A stretch of DNA of 64,000 nucleotides, from positions 690,112 to 754,111 of the forward strand of contig JAUCCZ010000006.1 of the NCBI GenBank assembly GCA_034675705.1. The letters run 5' to 3'. The stretch comes from Comamonas sp. GTDB lineage: Bacteria > Pseudomonadota > Gammaproteobacteria > Burkholderiales > Burkholderiaceae_C. Under the pieces are notes generated by a model that made no database searches, had not been told where the DNA came from, and saw nothing but the letters and a program-made list of their open reading frames with translations. The position numbers and the translations under genes were made by a program. The stretch's first letter is position 1; every line of letters starts with the position of its first letter. Below, one piece after another: positions 57,363 through 64,000 of the stretch.

Positions 57363-60300
57363 GCGGCACCTCCTTGGGTTGTTTGGGATTGACCAAAACG
57401 TCGGTAGAGAACGGGCAGCAACACCAGCGTCAACGCAGTGGAGGTGACCAAGCCGCCGATCACCACGATTGCCAGTGGACGCTGGATTTCCGAGCCGGGG
57501 CCGGAAGCCAGCAACAAGGGGACGAGACCAAAGGCGGTGATGGAGGCGGTCATCAACACCGGGCGCAGGCGGCGCAGCGAGCCTTCGTGCACGACTTGCT
57601 CGATGGGCAAGCCCAGGGTGTGCAAGTGGTTGAAGTGCGTCACCAGCACCAGGCCGTTGAGTACTGCAATCCCCAGCAATGCGATAAAGCCTACCGATGC
57701 GGGCACCGACAGGTATTGCCCGGACAGCCATAGTGCGGTTATGCCGCCCACCATGGCAAAGGGCACGTTGCCCAGAATGAGCGTGGCCTGGCGCACGGAG
57801 CCAAAGGTCATGAATAGCACGAAGAAGATCAGGCCCAGGGCTACAGGCACCACCAGCCCCAGACGGGCTGCGGCGCGTTGCTGGTTCTCGAACTGGCCGC
57901 CCCATTCGACCCGGTAGCCGGGGGGCAGGGGCACGTCGCGGGCCACGGCGGCACGGGCTTCGGCCACAAAGCCGACCAGGTCACGCCCGCTCACGCTGGA
58001 CTGGATCAGCGCGAAGCGCGAACCATTTTCGCGGTGTACCAGCACGGGGCCGTCAGTAACGCCGATGCTGGCCACGGCCGTCAACGGGATTTCGCCCTGG
58101 TCGTCCCGTGCCAGTCGCACGCTCTGAAAGCGCTCGGCAGAGGTGCGCAGCTGGGCATCGCCGCGCACCACGATAGGGGTGCGCCGGTCTGGCTCAATCA
58201 CCGTGCCGGCGGGCACGCCTTCCAACTGGGCGCGTAGCTCGTCCTGAATCTGCGTGACGGCCAACCCGGCACGGCCTGCCGCCTGGGTGTCCACCTGCAC
58301 CTGCAGGTATTCGACGGTGTCGCTGGCCTGAGTGAGCACATCGCGTGCGCCAGGCACCTTTTCGATGCTGGCAGCCATGCGCTGCGCCAAGTCCCCCAGA
58401 GTTTGCAGATCGGGGCCGAACAGTTTGACGGCCACGTCGCCCCGGCTGCCGGTGAGCATTTCGGAAATGCGCATCTCGATCGGCTGGGTAAAGCCAAATT
58501 CCAGACCAGGAAAATCCTCCATCACCTTGCGGATCTCGGTACTCAGGGCGTCCTTGTCGGCCATGCGCCACGTTGCGTGTGGGGCCAGCTGCATGAACAT
58601 ATCGGTCTCGTTCAGGCCCATTGGATCCAGGCCCAGTTCGTCAGAGCCGACCCGGGCGATGCTGTGCTGCACTTCGGGCACTGCCGCACCGATGGCACGC
58701 TGCACCGCCAGGTCGATTTCCAGCGAGCGTTGCAAGCCGATGGACGGCGGTTTTTGCAGCTGCAGCAGGATGTCGCCCTCATCCATCGTTGGCATAAAGG
58801 CCTTGCCCGTGCTCAAGTAGGCGGCAAATCCCAGGGCCAGCGCGGCAATCGCTACGGCGGAAGCACGCTGCGGATGGCGCAGCGCGGACTCCAACAGGGG
58901 TTTGTACAGGCGTATGGCGCCGCGCATGACCCAAGGCTCGCTGTGGGGTTGTTCCTTGAGCAGCAACGATGCCAGCACCGGCACCAGGGTGAGCGACAGC
59001 AGCAGCGAAACTGCCAGCGCAAACACAATGGTCAAGGCCACCGGGGTGAACAGTTTGCCTTCCAGCCCCTGCAGGGTGAGCAAGGGCATGAACGTCAGGC
59101 AGATGATGAGAATGCCGGAAGCCACCGGGACGGCGACTTCGCGTGCTGCTGCAAAAATGCGGTGCAAGCGCGGCAGTTGTGCACCAGGGGCGGTGGGGTC
59201 GAGGCGACTGACGGCGTTTTCTACCACCACCACTGCCGCATCCACCAGCATGCCGATGGCAATGGCCAGGCCGCCCAGACTCATCAGGTTAGCGCTGATG
59301 CCGGTCAGGCGCATCAGCAAGAACGTGCCCAGGGCCGCCAGGGGGGCCATCAGCGCGACCACCAGGGCGGCCCGCAGTTCCCCCAGGAACAGCAGCAACA
59401 GTACGATGACCAGGGCGGTGGCTTCCATCAATGCGCTTTCCACCGTCCCGACGGCGCGGGCAATCAGCGTGCTGCGATCGTAAAACGGCACGACTTTTAC
59501 CCCTGGGGGCAGGCTGGGGGCCAGTTCGTCCAGGCGGGTGCGGATGGCTTGCACCAAGGTGGAAGCATCGGCACCGCGCAGCGCCACCACGATGCCTTGC
59601 ACCGATTCCCCTGCGCCATCGCGGCTGACGGCACCGTAGCGCGTCAAGCCCTCGATCCGCACGCTGGCCACATCGCCCAGCAGGACAGGGGGCGAGGTGG
59701 CCGTACCTGGGCGCAGCACCACCCGGGACAGGTCGTGCAGGTTGCGGATGGCACCCTCGGCACGCACGATGAGTGTGTTTTCCCCCGCTTCCAGGCGGCC
59801 TGCGCCATCGTTGCGGTTGTTCTCGCCAATCGCCGTGATGATGTCGGCGAAGCCCAGGCCTGCAGCAGACAGTCGTGCACGGTCGGGGACAACGGTGAAG
59901 CTTTTGGCCTGTCCGCCCAGCACGTTGACATCGGCCACCCCGGGCAGGGTGCGCAAGGCGGGGCGCAGCGTCCAGTCCAGCAGGGTACGGCGATCATCCA
60001 GACTCAGGCCGCCACCCTCCAGGGTAAACATGAAGATGTCCGACAGCGGGGTGGAGATCGGGGCCAGGCCGCCACTTACTCCCTCGGGCAAATTGTCCGA
60101 GACGCTGGCATAGCGCTCGGCCACCTGCTGGCGTGCCCAGTAAATATCGCTGCCCTCGGCAAAGTCCAGCGTGATATCGGCAATGGCGTACTTGGCGGTG
60201 GAACGCAGCATCACCCCTTGGGGGACGCCCAGCAGTTCCATCTCCAGCGGTGCAATGACGCGCGATTCCACCTCCTCGGGCGTCATGCCGGGTGCTTTGA

Positions 60301-60451
60301 GAATCAGCTTGACCTGGGTGGGCGAGATGTCCGGGTAGGCATCGATGGGCAGTTTCAGGAACGAGGCGATGCCCGCACCGGCCAAGGCCAGCACCGCCAG
60401 CAGCACCAGTGCACGCTGGCGCAGGGAAAACTCGATCAGGCGAGACAACAT
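57359..60451 (-). CDS. CusA/CzcA-family heavy-metal efflux RND permease
   Basis: LPIDAYPDI, GMLVDAAVVVVEN, VGFIALLGIAVLNG, RLRPVLMTA, PLAIVVIGGL. Confidence 0.93.
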   Translation of the reverse strand: MLSRLIEFSLRQRALVLLAVLALAGAGIASFLKLPIDAYPDISPTQVKLILKAPGMTPEEVESRVIAPLEMELLGVPQGVMLRSTAKYAIADITLDFAEGSDIYWARQQVAERYASVSDNLPEGVSGGLAPISTPLSDIFMFTLEGGGLSLDDRRTLLDWTLRPALRTLPGVADVNVLGGQAKSFTVVPDRARLSAAGLGFADIITAIGENNRNDGAGRLEAGENTLIVRAEGAIRNLHDLSRVVLRPGTATSPPVLLGDVASVRIEGLTRYGAVSRDGAGESVQGIVVALRGADASTLVQAIRTRLDELAPSLPPGVKVVPFYDRSTLIARAVGTVESALMEATALVIVLLLLFLGELRAALVVALMAPLAALGTFLLMRLTGISANLMSLGGLAIAIGMLVDAAVVVVENAVSRLDPTAPGAQLPRLHRIFAAAREVAVPVASGILIICLTFMPLLTLQGLEGKLFTPVALTIVFALAVSLLLSLTLVPVLASLLLKEQPHSEPWVMRGAIRLYKPLLESALRHPQRASAVAIAALALGFAAYLSTGKAFMPTMDEGDILLQLQKPPSIGLQRSLEIDLAVQRAIGAAVPEVQHSIARVGSDELGLDPMGLNETDMFMQLAPHATWRMADKDALSTEIRKVMEDFPGLEFGFTQPIEMRISEMLTGSRGDVAVKLFGPDLQTLGDLAQRMAASIEKVPGARDVLTQASDTVEYLQVQVDTQAAGRAGLAVTQIQDELRAQLEGVPAGTVIEPDRRTPIVVRGDAQLRTSAERFQSVRLARDDQGEIPLTAVASIGVTDGPVLVHRENGSRFALIQSSVSGRDLVGFVAEARAAVARDVPLPPGYRVEWGGQFENQQRAAARLGLVVPVALGLIFFVLFMTFGSVRQATLILGNVPFAMVGGITALWLSGQYLSVPASVGFIALLGIAVLNGLVLVTHFNHLHTLGLPIEQVVHEGSLRRLRPVLMTASITAFGLVPLLLASGPGSEIQRPLAIVVIGGLVTSTALTLVLLPVLYRRFGQSQTTQGGAA

Positions 60452-60464
60452 CGGCAGTCCCTCC

Positions 60465-61733
60465 TTACTGAGCCGAAGGCATGGGAATCATGGATTTGAG
60501 CAAGGCCGTCCCCCGGGTGACGACCTGCATACCAGCCGCCAATGGTCTGGCGCCGGTGGCCGAGCCGGTCGCAGTGCCCGTAACCGGCAGAGCGCGTACG
60601 GCGCTGCCGGCATCGCTTTCTTCCAGCAATTCCACTGCCACTGCACGGATGCCGACTGGGGCAGGCTGGGGGTTGGTTTTCTGCTGGGGCAGGGTTTCAG
60701 CGATAAACAGCACGTGCCCAGTGCCCGAGGGCAGCAGCGCAGATGCTGGCACGATAAAGGTATTGTCGGGAGCGGGTAGCAGCAGGCTCACGCGCAGTTG
60801 CTGGCCTGCCGCATAGGGCAGGACTGCACCTTCGGCGGCATACAGGCGTGCGCGTACCCGCAGGCTTTGGCTGGAGGCATCGGCATCGGCCCCCACGGCC
60901 TGCACCTGGGCCAGGGAGCCATCGGGCAAGCGCACCTCCAAACCTGGACGCAAATCGGCACGCAGCCGCAGCGGGGCAGAAAAAAAGATGTCCAACTGCC
61001 CGGGTTCTGCCAGCATGAATACCGTCTCCAGGACCGCCACAGCCTGACCGGGCACGACTTGGCGGCGAACCACCTGGCCAGCGATGGGGGCAAGCAATTC
61101 GTACTCGCCCGCTGCGCCACTGGTCACGGGCCGCAGCCGTGCCAATGCGCCCTGGGCCTGTTGCAGCGTGCTCTGGGCTGCCGCCGCGCGGGCCTGGGAT
61201 TGCTCGTTGCGGGCTGCGGCGATGATGCCCTCGGCCAGCAGCGTTGCGTCACGCTGCGCCTGCAAGCGGGCGGTGGCCGCTTCGGTGCGTGCGCGTGCCA
61301 GCTCGGCTTCGGCGTTCAGCACTTCTTGGCTCTGGATGCGTACCAGGGCCTGGCCTTGGCGTACCGGTGTTCCCTCATCCACCAGCAGGCGTGTCACCAC
61401 CCCGCCGTACGGGGCCACCACCTGTGCGCTGGCCGCCAGGGGCACCATGGCCTGGGCCATCAGTCCGTCCACAGACAAAACACTGGTGGTCGCAATCGCT
61501 GCCGTTTCCAGGTCTTGCGCACGCAACTGGGCAGCGTTCAGCACCACCCTGCCGTCGGGGGCTGCCTGCGCGTTCGGTACCTGAGCCGTGCTGGAGCTGG
61601 TCACTGCTGCCGGGCGCGTGGACGCCGTCCACACGCCATAGCCAGCGGCCACCGCAGCGGCAAATACAGCAGCCGTTGCCAGAACCTTGGTGTGGCCCCT
61701 GGAGCCTGTGGTGGTCTGGGCGGGAGGGGTCAT
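60465..61733 (-). CDS. RND periplasmic adaptor (membrane fusion protein)
   Basis: N-terminal TM, APYGGVV...G..VRQGQ lipoyl half-motif, APIAGQV, beta-barrel. Confidence 0.88.
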   Translation of the reverse strand: MTPPAQTTTGSRGHTKVLATAAVFAAAVAAGYGVWTASTRPAAVTSSSTAQVPNAQAAPDGRVVLNAAQLRAQDLETAAIATTSVLSVDGLMAQAMVPLAASAQVVAPYGGVVTRLLVDEGTPVRQGQALVRIQSQEVLNAEAELARARTEAATARLQAQRDATLLAEGIIAAARNEQSQARAAAAQSTLQQAQGALARLRPVTSGAAGEYELLAPIAGQVVRRQVVPGQAVAVLETVFMLAEPGQLDIFFSAPLRLRADLRPGLEVRLPDGSLAQVQAVGADADASSQSLRVRARLYAAEGAVLPYAAGQQLRVSLLLPAPDNTFIVPASALLPSGTGHVLFIAETLPQQKTNPQPAPVGIRAVAVELLEESDAGSAVRALPVTGTATGSATGARPLAAGMQVVTRGTALLKSMIPMPSAQ

Positions 61734-61861
61734 AGCAAGGCCCCTCCGTTGGATAAATGCCCGTGGCTGAACAACCGAAGGCGGGGAGAATGGGGTAAGA
61801 GCAGGCTATAAGACATTGGTGGCAGTTCTCCAATAAGCAATTTCCCTTATTTTGGGTAACG

Positions 61862-61882
61862 AAGCTTTGGAAAAGCTTTGGA
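61862..61882. promoter_or_regulatory. Direct repeat with 11-bp period, OmpR-type binding site candidate
   Basis: AAGCTTTGGA-A-AAGCTTTGGA in the divergent adaptor/regulator promoter. Confidence 0.6.
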
Positions 61883-61952
61883 TGCACGCTTGACCACGGT
61901 GTGAGCATTTCTCCCCAAATGCTGCCCATAATCAAACCCTGAATGGGTTTGT

Positions 61953-62005
61953 TTTTTGATAGCTGTTACCTCTTGATTTATAAGGGGTATATGGCGATTT
62001 TTTTT
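61953..62005. repeat. Dispersed AGCTG-core repeat, single copy
   Basis: tttttgatagctgttacctcttgatttataaggggta. Confidence 0.55.
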
Positions 62006-62037
62006 ATAAATAAAAAGTGAGTGGCGGGACTGCTTTC

Positions 62038-62703
62038 ATGCGTGTATTGATTGTTGAAGATTCAGAGATGCTGGCCAGTGCCTTGGGCCGCAGCCTGGTG
62101 TTGGAGGGGTATGCCTGCGATATTGCGGGCGATGGTCAGCAGGCCTTGACGTTTCTGGCCAGCTACCGCTATGACGCCGTGATCCTGGATTGGATGCTGC
62201 CCCGGCTGGATGGTCTGGACGTATTGCGCGAACTCAACAAGGATCCCCATGCTGCGCCGGTGCTGCTGTTGTCGGCGCGTGACGCCTTGGACGACCGCGT
62301 GCGAGCGCTGGATGCCGGGGCCGACGATTACCTCACCAAGCCTTTTGAACTGGCAGAGTTGCTGGCACGCCTGCGGGCGCTGGTGCGCCGCCCCCCGCAA
62401 CGGGACACTCCGGTGCTGCGTCATGGTGCATTGGAAGTTGATCCACGCTCACGTACCGCCAAGTGCCAGGGGCTGGATGTGGGCCTGACACCCAAAGAGT
62501 ACGCGCTGCTGGAGCTGTTGTTGCGCCGTCAGGGGGTGACGTTTTCGCGTGCGCAAATTTTTGAGCATCTGTACGACAGCAGCAGCGACGCTTCGGACAA
62601 AGTGGTGGAAGTCATTGTGAGCACCTTGCGCACCAAGCTGGGTCAGCACGGCCTGGGCGATGTGATACTGACGCGCCGAGGTTTTGGTTACGTATTGCCT
62701 TGA
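62038..62703 (+). CDS. OmpR-family response regulator
   Basis: LIVEDS, ILDWMLP, GADDYLTKPF, LTPKEY, TRRGFGY. Confidence 0.95.
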   Translation: MRVLIVEDSEMLASALGRSLVLEGYACDIAGDGQQALTFLASYRYDAVILDWMLPRLDGLDVLRELNKDPHAAPVLLLSARDALDDRVRALDAGADDYLTKPFELAELLARLRALVRRPPQRDTPVLRHGALEVDPRSRTAKCQGLDVGLTPKEYALLELLLRRQGVTFSRAQIFEHLYDSSSDASDKVVEVIVSTLRTKLGQHGLGDVILTRRGFGYVLP

Positions 62704-62714
62704 ACCGGATGTTT

Positions 62715-64000
62715 ATGAAGCCACGCTTGCCCGAAAAGGGCACTTCCTGGTCTTTACAGCGCCGCTTGGTCATAGGGCTGGTGCTGTCCATAGGCAGCAC
62801 TTTCGCTATCTTGTTTCTGACCCTGGATTATTGGATTGACCGTGCCATTTACCAGCGCATGGATACCTCGCTGATGCAGCGCTCGGCCGCCGTGGGGCGC
62901 ATGCTGCAGGCGCTGGGCCCACAAGCGCTGCAACTGCTCATGCCCGAGTACGAGCCTGAGGGGCATACCGAATTTTTTACGGTATTCGATCAGGAGGCTG
63001 GCACCGTCGCGTTACGCTCGCCCAGCAGCGCGGGTGCCACCCTTTCGCTGGGGCCGACGCAGCAGGGTACGCCGCGCTACTACGATGTCACGCTCCCCGA
63101 TGGCCATGTTGGTCGGGCCCTGGCGACACGCCTTCCGATGCCGGAGGGACGTTCCAAGATTTTGGTGGTGGCCACAGAGCGCGAAGATTGGAACCGCACT
63201 GAGCGGCGCGTGCACTTCGCTTTGCTGGGAGGGATTGCACTGGCGACCCTGCTGGCCACTGGCCTGGCGCTGTACCTTGTGCGCCGGGTGGTGGCCATCC
63301 TGGAACGTACAGGCGTTGCCTTGAGCAGCTTGCGTGCCGATCGTCCGATGCAGCCGCTGGGCGGGGATTTTCCGCACGAGCTGCGCCCCTTTGTCGATGC
63401 GTTCAACTTGGGGCTGCACCACCTGTACAGCGCCATTGACCGCGAGCGGCGTTTCGCTAGCGATGTGGCCCACGAATTGCGCACGCCGTTGGCAGAAATT
63501 CGCACCAGCGCAGAAAGTGCCTTGCGCGATTCCGACCCTGAACGCGCACGCCGTGGTCTGCGTACCGCCATCCAGGCATGTTCGCGGATGCAGCGCAGCG
63601 TGGACACACTGCTGCTGGTCGCCCAGCTGGAATCGGGCCAGCAAATACCGGCTCCGGACCCTTTGGATCTGGCGGCGTTGGTGCGGGAGCTGCTGCAGTG
63701 CAGCCGCCAGCAGGCCATGCAGGCGGGGCGCATCCCTCCCGCCATCCGCCAGGATTTGCCTGCGTCCGTATGGATCCAAAGCGACCGGGGCATCTTGGAG
63801 CGCATTCTCTCGAACTTGCTGCGCAATGCCATGGAGTACGCCCCTGCAGGCGATGTTCTTGAATGTTGTCTGCAGCGCGGCGAGGCGGGCTGGGTGCTCT
63901 ACATTACCAATACCGCACCCCGGCTGCAGATGGCCGATCTGGAGCATCTGGGCAAGCGCTTCTGGCGCAAGGACCCGGAAGGCGGCACGGTAGAGCACGC
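62715..64000 (+). CDS. Sensor histidine kinase (runs off window end)
   Basis: Not in the ORF track; manual translation MKPRLPEK...two TM segments...ERRFASDVAHELRTPL (H-box)...NLLRNAMEY (N-box). Confidence 0.92.
   Translation, partial: MKPRLPEKGTSWSLQRRLVIGLVLSIGSTFAILFLTLDYWIDRAIYQRMDTSLMQRSAAVGRMLQALGPQALQLLMPEYEPEGHTEFFTVFDQEAGTVALRSPSSAGATLSLGPTQQGTPRYYDVTLPDGHVGRALATRLPMPEGRSKILVVATEREDWNRTERRVHFALLGGIALATLLATGLALYLVRRVVAILERTGVALSSLRADRPMQPLGGDFPHELRPFVDAFNLGLHHLYSAIDRERRFASDVAHELRTPLAEIRTSAESALRDSDPERARRGLRTAIQACSRMQRSVDTLLLVAQLESGQQIPAPDPLDLAALVRELLQCSRQQAMQAGRIPPAIRQDLPASVWIQSDRGILERILSNLLRNAMEYAPAGDVLECCLQRGEAGWVLYITNTAPRLQMADLEHLGKRFWRKDPEGGTVEH

Overview
A ~64 kb chromosomal window from a GC-rich betaproteobacterium, with gene content and repeats consistent with Comamonadaceae (Comamonas-like). 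Mostly core and metabolic genes: RluA-type pseudouridine synthase (partial), waaA, PMM/PGM, prpE, ilvD, NsrR-like Rrf2, metN/metI/metQ, serB, a beta-oxidation cluster flanked by two LivK paralogs, an mmsA-acd-mmsB valine catabolism unit, smc-zipA-ligA-patatin, yeaG(prkA)-yeaH-spoVR, ygiD, an AGCS symporter, an ABC-F, tRNA-Ser(TGA), maeB, a purine/allantoin catabolic cluster and rimO. The window ends with a CzcA-type RND efflux operon (adaptor, RND, P-II-like DUF3240, TolC) divergent from an OmpR/histidine kinase pair. No CRISPR, prophage or intact IS was seen. Strongest leads: (1) an intact, stand-alone tyrosine-recombinase-fold protein that appears to have lost most catalytic residues; (2) an M20 hydrolase in the allantoin operon that appears to lack three of five canonical metal ligands; (3) a P-II-like protein translationally coupled inside the metal-RND operon; (4) four gene-breaking lesions confined to 18.6-26.9 kb; (5) a dispersed ~50-60 bp repeat with at least 11 occurrences that supplies start/stop codons and the LigA N-terminus. 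All assignments come from motif recognition by eye; no database searches were run.
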